Below are positions 1-16,309 of a stretch of 64,000 nucleotides of DNA, in pieces. The translations under genes were made by a program, and so were the position numbers. The stretch is from NCBI RefSeq assembly GCF_009914755.1, contig NC_060938.1. One strand, 5' to 3'. This DNA is from the human T2T-CHM13v2.0 reference genome, Homo sapiens. Position 1 is the first letter of the stretch. Every line of letters starts with the position of its first letter. The notes below the pieces were generated by a model. That model did no database searches and was not told where the DNA came from. It was given only the letters and a program-made list of their open reading frames with translations.

Positions 1-962
1 GAAGAATTCAGACTAGTAAATAATAAACACTGTCATCAATCAAGCAATTTAAGTGTTTTCTTTTATTTTGCTCCTGCACGTTTGTAAGTGTGTATGTGTT
101 CATCTACCTCATGTAGATTCCCTCCATCTCAAGTGGCAGAACCAATGAATTAATCCAGGTTTCTTATTCCAGAAAATTACTATATCTTTACTTATATCAC
201 CATATTCAAACAACACCCCCTAGAACAACCTGGAAGCTGAGGTCAGTTGTCAATAATTTCTACTATATTAACATCCAACCAATTCTATATAGCTTTTGCC
301 TGACCATTTGCTGAATTACAAGCAAAAGGTTAATTGTATGTCATTTTTCCAGTCTTACTTTCTCTTTGCACAGAACAGTTGGCTCCATCTGATGGCCTTA
401 ACTAAATGAATCCACCTTTGACTTTCATTAAATGCACTGAAATTAAACTCACCAAAGCTCAATAAACTTTTCAGATATTTCAAAAGACAACTCTTCTTAA
501 TTTCATTTCTAAAACTCTAAATGAATACATTCCCCTCTGTTCTACAGCTGGGAATCTATAGATAACGAATCCTATAATCTACTCTAATGATAACTCAGAA
601 ACAGAGCCAAAGACCTTAAATTCATAACACTGAACTTAATAATGAAAGGAGAGTTGACATTCAGCCTTTCTTTGGTTTTAGACTCAGCTAATAAAATTAC
701 AAATAATATATAATTCCCATGTGCTCAATTAACTCTTAGTAAGCCTTTAAGCTTTGCATATGTGAGATGGCAACGTTCTTTCCTACATCTATTTTTGAGA
801 TATTTTAGCATATTACAATTAAGTGTTCTTTGTTAATTTTTTTATGCACCTAGGAAATTATAGAAAGATTCTGATGACTTAGTACCCCACAAATTTAACC
901 CTTCTGGTATCAGTACAGATTAAGAACTCTATTAGTCAATAATAATTCATTCAGCATCATGA

Positions 963-1313
<351 letters not shown>

Positions 1314-2469
1314 TAGTTATAGCCTTCTCAGTTCAGAGAGATGACAAGGAGACATTGAAAGTTAACAAAAGCCAAAGACTGATGTCTTTTTCTCATTAAA
1401 AAATCTAGTGGTAGAACTTAGACTCCAAAGACATATTTTGTAAAGGTTCATCAGCATTACTTAGGAACACCTCTATGTAGCACACATGGATAGCCTAGTC
1501 TACTTTGAACTCTGCCTTCTATGAACTCCTGAAGCAGATATACCCCTAATTTCATTTAGGTAAAAATTTAAGTTACCCTGACAGTAGGGAAAAATAATAA
1601 TTAAGGGTGGGGGACTATAAGAAAGAAATTGTTTTCACATCATAAGCTTTCCCAGTAGGCAAAAATGATGAAAATTTCTACTGTGTTTTCAACCCAATAG
1701 TCCATATATATGTCCAGAAGCAGGGAACCTACAGCAACAGTCCCAAGAAAAATTACTTTCCCTGATGGTAACATTCACAGTCTAAAAGGAAAAGAGCAGC
1801 AGCAATAGTCATCAGTAGCTCCAAGCAAATCCTTCTTTCTATTTGAAATGTCAATAGGCCACCTACAGCTAAGCCTATGAATCAACCAGACTTCCATTCT
1901 GTTTGGCTGCATAAGGACCTATATATGTTAACACAGTGAAACAGTTCAATTCACTTTTTTCAGCAAATTGCAGATAACTGAGATGAAAATGCTTTAGGAT
2001 TGGGGAGTGAGTACAAGATGGAGGCCTACTATTGGTATAGCTACTTCAATTCTTCATTTCACATTGCCAACAAATATTTGAAATTGTGAAGGAGCCTCCC
2101 TTTCACCTTCCTCTTACCATGAGGAGTATCCTTAAAGGAAAAGGAAAAATAGATTAATCTGTATGTTTTCAAAATTCTTCCTAAGGTAGATTCACGGTTC
2201 AGTTTTACAATCAACATAGCACATGTTGTCCATCCAGCAACAGAATTCACACAATAAATTGCTATCTGACATATGGAGTATGAAGTGAATTGCTTTTTTT
2301 TCTTTATAGGTATCCTGATCAGAATTTAAAGATTTTTCAGAAACAAAGACCTTCATGAGGTCACAGGTAGCCCTTTGTTGAGTCTTTTCAGTCCCAGTAA
2401 CTATATACAACTTAATACAATAAATAATCTCAACGGAATATTTAGACATTGTCAAAGATTGTGTATGTA

Positions 2470-2552
2470 CAATACTGCATTGCTAGCATTAAATGCATTT
2501 TCAACTTCCAATATTTTCAACTTAACAATGGCATTGTTAGTTGAGGGGCACA
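2470..2552. mobile_element. Tigger5/MER47-like DNA transposon end fragment
   Basis: TTAAATGCATTTTCAACTT..ATATTTTCAACTTA..ATGG resembles the recalled Tigger5/MER47 terminus. Confidence 0.5.
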
Positions 2553-3939
2553 TAAATAAGTAATATCACCACAGCCACATATGAGGAATATACATAACAA
2601 GCAGCCTGCCTCTCTTTAAAACAAAACAATTATAGAAAGCTAAGAATTCCAAATCGCTCTTCAGCAACTGAGAAATGTAACTCATGGTCACTGTGAGCAG
2701 TGGCTAGAACTGACACATTTTGATCACTAAATTGTGTTATGGTGGGAGTCCCCTCCTCCCCATTAATAGCCAGTGTTTCCAATTTTGCTAATGCTTTACT
2801 GACATCACAAGCAAAGTGAAAATGACTAAAGACAATGCATGAGTCTCTTGAGCAAGCATCTGAGAAACAAATAGCAATAACTCCTTATTAGCATGACTTT
2901 TAGCCATGGATTATAAGTAATGAGTAACAGATGTCTGATCTGGTGTCCCTTTATTACATTATCTTAAGGGAAATTCAGGTTTATTTTCAAGCTATTCTTA
3001 GGTCAGGTATTGTAAGGCAAGAAAAGTATTTTTATTAGTGGGAAAGAAATGTTTTTCTAGATGAACCAAGTAACAAAGAGAAGAATGAAAACTTAACAAG
3101 AGTGCTCAACCCACACAGAAGAAAGAAGCTTTTTACCTGGAATATGCTGGAATATGGGGGGAAAAAAAACTGCACGGATAAAGAGAAAGGAGAATTGAAC
3201 TTTGTCTTAGCTCTACCATGGCCCTGTTTGACCCAGAACAAGGCCCAAGAATAAAATGTATTACTGCCTCTTCTACAGCACAGGAATATTATGAGAACTG
3301 ATAGATGTCAATAAGTGAAAAAGGAAGAACACAGTTAGGTTAAAAAAAATCAAATGAAAAATGAAACTATTTTAGTTTTACCATTTTTCACGTAGTTACA
3401 AAATACAGTGGTATTTTTGTGTTCCCTCTTTGTTTCTTGTTATCTCTCTTTCCACCCACCACTTCCCACAACAAATTGAGGGGGAGGGGTGGTAATTGAA
3501 ACTTCTGTTAAATCAGTCCCATGGAAATGGAGCATGGCAAACCAATACTAACCACAGAGGAAAAAAAACTTAAATGTTTTAATTTGGATGTGAAAATTTC
3601 TCATTTAATGAAACTCATGAGTATAATTGGATGCTGAGTCAATGAGCCAGCAAGTATTTATTAAGCACCTGCTAAGTATATGGCATTGCCCGGGCACTGG
3701 GGACCAATGAAAAATAAATAAGACCAGATACTTGGTCTTAAGTATCTTAGAATATGTTAGGAACACAGGTTGAAAAATATAATGTAATAAACTGTTAAAT
3801 TCTAAGACATTTTAGAAAGTAAGAGAAAAAATAATAACTATGATGTCTAATTTCTGGAGTTAAAACTAAATAGAAAGGGCTAAAAGAACAGAAGTGAACA
3901 ATGGCATAAAAGTTCAGAAGAGAATGAATAGATTTTGTT

Positions 3940-5000
3940 TTAAAGCCTTTGCATTACACTGGAAGAAGGTAAAGACACTCATTAACATTAGACTATGTTA
4001 AGCAGACACATTAAGATATCTAAAGAAATCGCTGAAATAATAGACTTGGAGATTTTAACTCCCAAAATAGTAAACGAGAAAAAAGTCATTCTAAAGGAAA
4101 ACAGAAAGCACAAAGTAAGATTACAGACATGAATTTAAATGTATTGGCAATTCAAACTAATGTAAATAGACTAACAACAGGTTAAAACAAAAATTGTCAA
4201 AGTGATTTTTTAAAAAAATATAACTATGTACTGTTTACAAGAGATTCAAAAGAGTATAAGAACATTGGAAGTTAATGTCTAAAAATGACATACAGAGAAA
4301 TACTCAGCAAAATAAATCTGGTATTAATAGCAGACAAAATGTTCCTTAATCTACAAGTCATTGCTAGACATAAATGCAAATATTGCTAGAGATACAATAA
4401 TGTAAAAATAATGGATAGAGGTATCATAAATTATTGCTACATAATAGAAATTATATGCAGAATAGTTATATGTAATTACTCATAATTATTAATGGTTAAT
4501 AGTTGGTGGATGATAATTAGAAATCCATCAAAATTTCAATTCCCCAGAGAGACATAATTTTAAATTGGTATGCACCTTGTAACGTAGCCTCAAATATATA
4601 AAATATAAATTGCCACTGTAAAGGGAGATTTTGAAAAATTCACAAAAGTAATTGGAGATTTTAACACATTTATTTTAAAAAGTGATTTACCATACAGTTT
4701 TTCTAAATAATTACAGATTTGGACAACACAATTCACAACCCACAAAAATTTCATTATTCTAAAGCATTCAGGAATGTTAACAAAAAGCACATCACCACAT
4801 CATGGTCATAAAGCAAGTCTTGAAAATTTCAAAAACATTTGTATAATAACTTACTTTCTGATTTAAAAAAATATTAAAAATTAATAGCAAAAATAAAACA
4901 ATCCAAAAACTCATGTGTACAGTAATGTTAAAATAAGCTTTCCAATAACCTATGTATGGGTCAAGGAAGAAAGAAGACATCAAAATAGGAAAACAAATCA
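3940..5000 (+). mobile_element. Old L1M fragment (ORF2 endonuclease region)
   Basis: A-rich, degenerate L1 ORF2 motifs (AATGTAAATAGACTAA, TGTTTACAAGAGA, GGAGATTTTAACAC). Confidence 0.65.
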
Positions 5001-5166
5001 TGTACTGTATACTTGAAAATTGCTAGGAGAGTAGATTTTAAATGATCTCGCCAAAAAATAAATAAATAAATAAGGTGACAGATATGTTAAATGGCTTGAT
5101 TTATTCATTCCATAATGTATACACTTCTATCAAAACATGACTTTTTACCCCATAAATCTATACAGT
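5001..5166 (+). mobile_element. L1MA 3' UTR fragment
   Basis: GTATACTTGAAAATTGCTAGGAGAGTAGATTTTAAATG...GATATGTTAAATGGCTTGATTT is typical of L1MA 3' ends. Confidence 0.75.
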
Positions 5167-5178
5167 AAAAAAAATTGA

Positions 5179-6195
<1,017 letters not shown>

Positions 6196-6608
6196 TTAAA
6201 TTTGGTGGTAAAGCTAAGTTACAGTAAGTAGTGGATATTTACAGTAAAGAAATCAAAGCTTGAAAATAAATGAGCTCTGCATCCAAATGAAAAAGTTTTC
6301 TAAAAAATGAAAAGAAATTTAATGAAGGAAATCAGTAAGATAAGAGCAAATTTTAATGAAGAAGAAAACAAAGATATGATGAGGAGGGTCAACAAAACTA
6401 AAAGTTTTTGAAAAAAAATCCCATAAGATAATGAAAACACATGTGACACACAGGGAGAAGATATTTGTAACATATATACCCAACAAAGAATATGTCCAGA
6501 ATATAGAAAGAACGCTTACGAATCAATTAAAGAGACAACCCAATAAAAATGAACAAAAGACTTAAAAAGTTGCTTTACAGGATAGTATACATGAAATGCT
6601 TCCTATCT

Positions 6609-6780
6609 TTTTGTTTTGTTTTGTTTTGTTTTTGAGACAGAGTCTTGCTCTGTCGCCCAGGCTGGAGTGCAGTGGCATGATCTCGGCTCAATACAACCTC
6701 CGCCTCCCCGGTTCAAGCACTACTCCTGCCTCAGCCTCCTAAATAGCTGGGATTACAAGCATGAGCCACTGTGTCCAGCC
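6609..6780 (-). mobile_element. Single-arm chimeric AluS (left-arm head fused to right-arm body)
   Basis: In sense reads GGCTGGACACAGTGGCTCATGCTTGTAATCCCAGC then TATTTAGGAGGCTGAGGCAGGAG...; no middle A-rich linker. Confidence 0.85.
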
Positions 6781-6826
6781 TCCATCACTTTTTTCATTCC
6801 CAAAAGTTTTATTCGATTTTAAAATG

Positions 6827-8043
6827 TTTTTTATTTATTTTCATTTATTTATTTTTGGGTTTTTTTCAACTTTAGATTCAGAGGGTTCATGTTCAGATTT
6901 CTTACCTAGGTATATTGTGTGATACTGAGGTGTAGGGTGTGACTGATTCCATCACCCAGATACCGAGGATAGTACACAATAGTTTTCCAACCCTTGCCCC
7001 CTCCCTCTCTCCCCAAGCTAGTAGAACCCAGTTTCTATTACTGCCATATTTATGTCCATGAGTACCCAATGTTTAGCTCCCACTTAAAAGTGGAAACCTG
7101 CAGTATTTAGTTTTCTGTTCCTGGGTTAATTCACTTAGGATAATGGGTTCCAGCTGCATCCATGTTGCTGGAAAGAATATAATTTCATTCTTTTTTATGG
7201 CTGTGTAGTATTCCATGGTAGATATGTACCACATTTTCTTTATCCAGTCTACCACTGATGGGCACCTAGGCTGATCAAATGTCTTTGCTATTGTGAATAG
7301 TGCTGTGAAGAACATGTGAGTGCATGTGTCTTTTTGGTAGAATGATTGGATTTCTTTTGAAAATATACCCAGTAATGGGATTGCTGGGTCAAATGGCACT
7401 TCTGTTTTAAGCTCTTTGAGAAATTGTTATACTGCTTTCAACAATGGCCAAACTAATTTACATTCCAATCAACAATGTATATGCATTCTCTTTTCTCTGC
7501 AACCTCACCAGCATCTATTTTTACTTTTTAGTAACAGTAATTCTGACTGGTGTGAGATGGTGTATCACTGTGGTTTTGATTTGCATTTCTCTGATGATCA
7601 GAGGTGTGGCACATGTTTTCATGTTTGTTGTCTGCTGTTATGTCTTCATTTAAGAAGTATCTGTTCATGTCCTTAGCCCATTTTAATGGGTTTTTTTTTC
7701 CTTGTTCAACTTTTTAAGTTTCTTACAGATTCTGGATGTTAGACTTTTGTCATTGTAGTTTGCAAATATTTTCTCCCATTATGTAGGCTGCCACTTTACT
7801 CAGTTGATGGTTTCTTTTGCTATGCATAACCTGTTTAGTTTCATTAGTTCCCCGTGTGTCAATTTTTGATTTTTCTTCAGTTTCTTTTGAGGACTTACTC
7901 ATAAATGCTTTTCCAAGGCTGATGACTAGAATGGTGTTTCCTAGTTTTTTTTTTTCTAGGATTCTTATAGTTTGAGGTCTTACATTGAAATCTTTAATCC
8001 ATCTTGAATTAATTTTTCTATGTGGTGAAAGGTAGGGATTTAA
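6827..8043 (-). mobile_element. 5'-truncated L1PA15/16-L1PB-like element
   Basis: ORF 7073-7399 encodes the L1 ORF2 C-terminus (PFDPAIPLLGI...WIKKMWY...MEYY); L1 3' UTR and A-rich tail at the left end. Confidence 0.9.
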
Positions 8044-8243
8044 ATTGTACAATAAATACAAATTAAAAAGTAGACATTATGGGAAGTGATTATAATAGTA
8101 GTTTTTCTTTCTTTTATATAAAATAATGCTTAGACACTATGACTTAATTCATCTCTCTAACACCAGCATAGGTTGAGTCTAATACAGGCAATATAGTATA
8201 TTTTGTAAGAGCCCAATTTTTTAGTCAGAAAAAGCTGATTTAA

Positions 8244-8643
<400 letters not shown>

Positions 8644-11600
8644 GATAATATCTATTTCATAAGACAGTTATGAATAAATGTATGACAACTATGTGATTTT
8701 TCACAAATTATTTAAAAATCTGAAAACTGAAACACCACCAAGCCTATTATTTCGGAATAATAAATGGTTGTGTGTAGGAGTACAATACAGTAGCCCTTCA
8801 GCAAATGTTTGCCAAATGAAAAAATAGGCCTGTCTTCCTTCTCTTCACTCCATAAAAGATGGACTTCTCAAACCACAACCTTCACCACTACCCACACACA
8901 CACCCTTGTACTACCAAATCTCAGTTCATTCCTCATCTGTATTATGCTAAAAATCTCAGGGTGAAAATATGTCAAATGTTCATTATGGAAATTAGGTTTC
9001 TCCAAGAAAGGGTAGGCACAAGACCCAATACAGCGACTGTCCATTTTGAAGCAAGGAACACATACTATTCTCAAATTGGAAAAAAATATGAGAACTAGGA
9101 GGACAGTTAAAGTAAATATAGAAGAAGTTGTATGACTTTGTATATCTAAGCTTTGGTTTCATAAGCGTTTGGTCAGATAATATGTAAGGTCCTCTTCAGT
9201 TGTCGCATTCTCTTAGCCCGTGTAGGATGCTGACAGTCATTGGGTGCTCAGAAAATAGAATCTAGAAGTAGCAGGGAATGTGTCAAAGCACAATAGTAAA
9301 CAAACGTTAAAAAAAACCTATTCCATACTGACAAAGATGAAGCTAGACTGCATCATTCATATGGCCCAAGGAGATATCTAAAGAGAAAAATAATGAATAG
9401 ATATAGATGAAAGAATAATTCTCTCCATTTGTGGGGCTATCAAAGTTACACAGAATGTATGATTACTGATGCTATTACAGTTTTAATACTAAAAAGTAGA
9501 TCTAATATTATAATTTTATTATATTATAAATCATATTTTTTTATTTTTCAGAAAATATTTTAGTGAGGAGGTCACACGCTATTTTCTTAAATGAAAAATA
9601 TCATTTTTACATATTTCTTAAGAAACTAAAACATCTTTGGTTCAATTAAGAGTGTGATTTTCCAATATGTCAGAAATTATGGCATTTCTACAAAAATATT
9701 CCAAGACCATACCTGATGCATTTGTCACAAATGCAAGCCACTCAAAAACTCACATCGTCTTCATTAAGAATGCAAATAAGTCAAAAAGTAATTGTTTCCA
9801 CAATGGCCTATAAATAATTTTAGTTTAAGTGAATTATTTACGAATTGAAAATGAAATTACCAGTCTATTTTCTCTTAGTCACTGTACCTATTTTTCCTTC
9901 GCTGGCATAAACTTATTATGTTACACAAGTGAAGGGTCTCCACGCTAAATTCAGCCATACTACCTCACTTGTATGCTACTATGACAGAAGAAAAAGCAGA
10001 TGAACCTAGTTAGAGTCAGACTTATTAACTAGAGTGGGTGTTACATTTGATTTTTCCTATTCAACCAAAAAGTTCCTCACATCTTCAGCAAAATCCCACA
10101 TACACATGCCCCTACCTCTTCCCCTATGGTCCTCAATGGTTTCCTTGTAAACCACACCCTTCCTGATGATGTGGAGATGTCTTGGGTCACCCACCACCAA
10201 TACTCAACACACACACACACGCACATACATGTCACAGAAAGTAAGCCTTCATCAAAGTTAGAAAAAACATTTTCTTTTAGACATATTTATCATGTTTTAT
10301 ATTTTTCACAAATGCTACACTGAGGCTTCAGTGGCTGTTAAAGATGACTACAAGGCTGGACTTTGATCAAATAAAAAGGCCTGAATTGTGACTTGGGGTG
10401 TACTTCTCATTTCATTTTCCCCCATGACAAGCCAAATGCATATCCTGCATCTGAAATTATGTCTGACTTCTCTAAACCCTACCACCAATGTTAATAGCTG
10501 GGTCAAATGTTCAAGCTTTGCTTTTTAGATCAAAGGAAGTTTAGAAGCAAATGGAACTAACCTCGGAGATTACAAAATAAAGGACACTCATTTATAAAAT
10601 TCAAAATATACGCTACCATGGTTCTAGTTGCATTTTTGAGTATCAGTGTATTTCTTCGGTATTGCCCACAGAATCAAAGAGCTGGTAGAGACTTTGAAAA
10701 GTCACCAAGCCACGCTTCAGGTTCTGATGGCATTATACCCTTAGTAGGCTAAGAAAAGAAAATCTACCTCACCAAACAAGTAGCCCCATCTTCTTTTTTT
10801 GTCCTATCTTCAGAACTCAAAGCCTCCCCAGTTCATTAGATCCTTCAGAATACAATTAAACCTCTTTTGTTTTGTTTTAGCTTCAAATAAAAACACCTGG
10901 TAACATTTGCATAATAACCCTATTAGCTAAAATTATTAATGAATATAAACAATAATAAGGCACAGAAACTGAGGCTATGGAAGGAGAGAAGTATGCATGT
11001 TTGCCATGAAAGCCAGCATCATTTTTGGACTTAATTCCATAGTAACTATAAGATAAAAGTTTGGATTTGTTCTTATTTTTTCCTTTTTTTGCTAAGATCT
11101 CCTTTCTATCATTCTCCTTCATTGAGGGGGGCAGGGGAGAAGGATGACAAATGTTAGGTAAGAGTCTTGGACTTTCCCAAGAAAGAGGAAATCATGAAGT
11201 CACCAATGGTTAGAACATTTCTCTGCTAAATGTGTTCAATTGCTGTGGAAATCCTGTCACCTTCCCTGCTCTCCAGTAAATTAATCCCAACTTCCTGCTC
11301 AGTGAACCAGTTGTCAGTGGAGAAGAGGGAAGCAGTGTTACTGAAGCCAGCCTTCCAGGGTGAGCCAACAATGTCTAGTTTTCAGGGCTTTGATCCCTTT
11401 CACTTGCTATATCTAAAGGTCCCACAGAGTGCTTTTAGATAGGCTTTCAACGCCATGATAAAAGAGCAACGTGTTCAGTAACAGTTATCAAAATTAGGTC
11501 AAGACTGAGACTGGCACCAGGCCCACTTCACATCCAGCTCTCACCCACCCAGAATGTGGCAGTGCTGTCTCCTACTCCCCACCCTAACTCTCCCATAGGT

Positions 11601-11749
11601 TTGAAAATTTGCCTCCCTTACTCAAAAAGGTAGCACATCTAAGGTAAAACTTTTAAGTAAAATCTCCTTTCATGAGCAATGAATATAGTTCTATTCAACT
11701 GCATAGGGTTTTCTCAGCATTTTAATATCTAGACCACATTCACTGTTTA

Positions 11750-12050
11750 TTGGCTCATTCATTTATTGAGAGTGTATTAGGTGTTAGACACCATGCTAGG
11801 CTTTGGTTAGGAAAGATGAGCCAAAACATGTGCATTTCCTGTGTTCAGTGGAGCTTACAGTCTATCTAAAGGGGAATATCACGTAAAAGAGTCACAAATA
11901 TAGTATGTCTGTGTGTGTAACCACACACAGACAGACACGCACATACTTGGTGCTGTGAGAATATAGAAAAGGTTGAGCTGACCTTGTCTGGGAAGTCAGA
12001 GAAGGCTTCTCTAATGAAATAGTGATTGAGCCAAGATGTAAAGGAAACAT
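11750..12050 (-). mobile_element. L2 3' fragment
   Basis: CATTCATTTATTGAG...GGAGCTTACAGTCTA...GTCAGAGAAGGCTTCTCT, typical L2 motifs. Confidence 0.65.
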
Positions 12051-12829
12051 AGAAGCTCATTCTGTAACAAAATCCCTTTCCTCTCTTTTACAAAAATCTA
12101 TATTTCACTTGGATCAACACTATTCACAGGTTTCCATTAAGAATGAGAATAATCTATCTTCCTTTAAAAAAAAGGTCAGATACTAAAAATGTACAACTCA
12201 TTTCTCTCTCTGTTGAACAACAAATAGAATATAGATGGGCTTTTCCCCTTTGGCTTTCTAATTGATATTGTTAAATTCATAAAGAGAAATGAATAGACTA
12301 CTCTTCACATGTAAGGGTTATATTGTTTACTCACCATCAATAGAATACAAATTAGGAGAGTTTTTTAAACATAACAAAACTTTTTTTTTCTTGTCTCATT
12401 TTATGGTGACATCCATATTCTTTCTCATTCCACTTTCCTCATCAGCAAGAAATGTATATATCTGTAAAGAGAGTTTACTGTACTTGAGAAGGAATCAGAA
12501 TCCAACCGACCCCAAAGTGTTCTCAAGTACCTTACCTAGGGTGTCTCAAAAGCAAAATAAAAAATGTATCCTGCAATGAACAACGTATAGCACTGTCTCA
12601 ATTCTTCCTGAATTCTTTGTAAAGATTCAGCTTGCATTTTCAACCCTAATCCATTTTCTTAACTTTACAATCCCAATCCCTTCCTGAATTCTGACTATAC
12701 TTTCCACATGTAGGATGTGTCTCACTGTCTTTCTAGACAGTCTTCTCTCCTTAATTCTTTATTAAATTCTGCTGCTCTGATTTTTTGTTAGTGCAACTTA
12801 TCCAGGATGTTGGCTTGGATGTGGAATCT

Positions 12830-13090
12830 CAGAGAAACTAGACAGATCAATCAGACCCTATGACAAAGATCCTGTTTCTCATCTATATGGAAATATAAAA
12901 TATGACCCAGTCATACCTTGAGTGTTTCAGGAGTGATTACAGGGAAGCAAGATAGATCTAGCCCATTACTCTCCCTTGTTTATGATGCCTGTCACTCTAT
13001 CAGAGAAGAAATGAAATAAGTCTGCCATGATTTGTCTTCACAGTGCCACACTGACTATTTCCTAGTTTATCATGCATTTTTATTCTCTCC
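12830..13090 (-). mobile_element. L3/CR1 fragment
   Basis: TCACTCTATCAGAGAAGAAATGAAATAAGTCTGCCATGATTTGTCTT resembles antisense CR1 RT sequence. Confidence 0.45.
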
Positions 13091-14249
13091 CACATGATGG
13101 TCTCATTGACAACTTCATGCAAGTCTGGAAGGAAAGGGCAACTGCCAAGGTTAGTATATAATAAGAGTCCTGAAATCCAGGGAGATCAGGTTTCCAGGAC
13201 AGGAAACCAAGCACTGCAATCCACAAATGACTGCAGGGTCTGGAAATTGAGGGTCAATTGCCTAGACAAGGAGTCTGAGTAACAGGTATAGAAAACTAAA
13301 AGCAAGTAGGATTGCCATACCTAGTCATTCCGTTTTGTCATTCCCTGTGCACTCATGGCCTTTCTATAAAACAGGAAGCCGTTCTCAAGCTCATGTGGCC
13401 TGGCTGGAGCGGCAAGTGACAAGCACAAAGCAGAGCAGCATGTGCAACTTGCTCTGGCCCCTGCCCTGTGTAACAGCATAATAAAGAACTTAGTGGATCA
13501 ACCAATAGTCGATGTTCTCCTGCTGTTAGTCACATGAGGGCATTGTGCAAGATGAAGGTCATCTTCTACCACAATGACATCTTCAAAATATTAAAGATAC
13601 TTTCCCAAGCATCCCAAGGGTCTCCTTGACTCTCCATTATGAATCTATCCACAAAGACCTTATTTAAATGATTTTCAAACATAATTATGTATACATACTA
13701 CACAAACTTTTGTGGGTAATGGATTCTACATGTTTTCAGCTCAGTTTGTATAACAGTATATTTCATTTTATTTGACCAAAAAAGGGGAAAAAAACAGTTT
13801 GTTAAGCATCAATATGTAGTAAATAGGAGGCTACCATTCTTGAACACATTTCATCTTCACAGGACTACAGTGATCTCCATTTTACAGGTTAGGAATCTGA
13901 AATGCAATGAAGTCAACGGGTTTGTTAGTTGTCAGGGGAGCAGAGATGAGCACAGACATGACAGACGGATACGTCTGACTTTCAATCACCTTCCTGCTTC
14001 CTGTTCACCCGCCTACTCAGTAACACAAAAAGAGCCTCCCTGGCCAAGATGGTAGCCTTAGAACATGCTATGATCTCTCCTTCCCACCCCAAATTCCTAG
14101 AAATTACAAAATAGCTTGTTGAAACTTAGAGGAAGAATCCTCAGTAAACCTCAAATTCAGGGAAACTATTAGGAATCCTTCAAAGATAGGAGACAGCACC
14201 TAAACAAAGAAGGGACATAAAGCTGCAAACACCCAGAGGCACAGACTGG

Positions 14250-14404
14250 AGCCCTCCTGGCAAATAACACTTCACATGTGTCCAGCTATAGCTGGAGGAA
14301 TCAGGCTTGTCCTGTGTGACTTCGCTGTGAAAGAATTTTTGGAAGATTGTGCCCAGTGTCCTCCAGACTTTGCCCCATGTGCCTTTGCCCTTTGTTGATT
14401 TTGC

Positions 14405-14450
<46 letters not shown>

Positions 14451-14545
14451 AATAAATCTTAGTCATGAGTATCACAATATGGAGTCCTGTGACTCCTTCT
14501 AGCAAATCACCAAACTTGGGGGTGGTCTGGGGGATGCTGACTCAT
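14250..14545 (+). mobile_element. MER21-family LTR 3' part, containing a T35 run
   Basis: GACTTTGCCCCATGTGCCTTT...GCTGTAATAAATCTTAG.CATGAGTA...GGGGGTGGTC matches the recalled MER21 3' end. Confidence 0.75.
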
Positions 14546-14608
14546 TGACCTACTACCTGACCAGGTCCAAATGACTCTTTGAGCAAACTCAACCAAAGTT
14601 TTAAGTAA

Positions 14609-14966
<358 letters not shown>

Positions 14967-15126
14967 TATGCTACGTATTTTAAAGGCTAATAGAACCAGA
15001 CAAGGGATATGGAAGAACAGAAAGTTCTCACACAATTTTAATTATGAGCAACATTGTAAAAGTCCTAAATAAATTATTAGCAAATCAAATCTAGCTTTTT
15101 ATTAAAACAAACATCATGATCAGGTT

Positions 15127-15700
15127 GCTCAGGCCAAAAACCTCAACCTCTCTCTCTCTTCCTCTCACACCTTGTATGCAATTGGTCAGAAAACATCCAG
15201 TTACCTCTATTTCAAAATAGAAGTGGATGTTCTTCACCCCCACTGCCATCCACCAAGTCAGTCTCAATCACCTCCCTCCTGTATTCCTATAATAAGCTCT
15301 TTATATGTCTCCATTTGCTTCCTTTGCTCACCCGCCACCCACACCCCCACACAGTCTATTTGTCCAGAGTGAGCCCGCAGAGGCACAGGCAGGTGATGCC
15401 ATACCTCTGCTTAGAACCACACAATGTCAGCCCATCTAACTGAGAGTACAAACCCCCCAAACACACTCTGCTCCTTATATGCTTTGCTCCTTCCGCTTGC
15501 CATTGTACTTATCTCTTCTAACGAAAAATACAATATTTCATTTATTATATGTATTGGTTTTTTTCTTTTTTTGCTTTCCATCATTAGAATATCAGCTTCA
15601 TTATGCCAGGAATTTTTGAGTGTTTTGTTCACTAACGTAACTCAAGTGCCTAGAATGGTACCAGTTCCTGTAGGCACTTGATATTTTTTGAATCAGTATG
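15127..15700 (+). mobile_element. L2 fragment
   Basis: CTCAGGCCAAAAACCT...GTTTTGTTCACT...GTGCCTAGAA...GTAGGCACT.GATATTTTTTGAAT, an L2a-type 3' end. Confidence 0.65.
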
Positions 15701-15765
15701 TGACCAAGAATTGAAAAATAGTTCCAGATAAGAAAGATATCAAGGCAATTCACTACACTAACATG

Positions 15766-15767
<2 letters not shown>

Positions 15768-15798
<31 letters not shown>
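15768..15798. repeat. (CA)n microsatellite
   Basis: About 15 uninterrupted AC units. Confidence 0.95.
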
Positions 15799-15799
<1 letters not shown>

Positions 15800-16309
15800 G
15801 CTTAATAGATGCTAAAAAGTTTCATTTTTAAAAACCTTACAAATTATAAATAGAAGAAATATTGCCTGTTTTATTAAAGAAATAGCAAACATCATGCTTA
15901 TTATGAAATTGGAAGCATTTCATTAAAATTAGAGAAAGGAAAACAGATGCTCATTTTCACAGATACTAGTACATATTTTACGGGGTGTCCTAGAAATGTA
16001 ACAAGACAAGGAAAAAAATATTAATAAAACAGTCTAGGATGGAGACAAATAGTCATTACACAAGATTTTCACTTAATTTAAAAAAACAAATAGAATCAAC
16101 TGCTAAAATACTAGCACTAAGTTATGTAACAGGACATAAAATCAACATACAAGAATCAGTAATTCTCCTACACAGCAGCAATAACAAATTGAAAAGGTAG
16201 TTTTGGAAAGAACATAAAATAGACATTCAGAGCACAGGCTGTAAAATACCTGGGAATAAATCTAACAAGGAATATTCAAGATCTTTATGGAGAAAACTAC
16301 AAAATGTTT

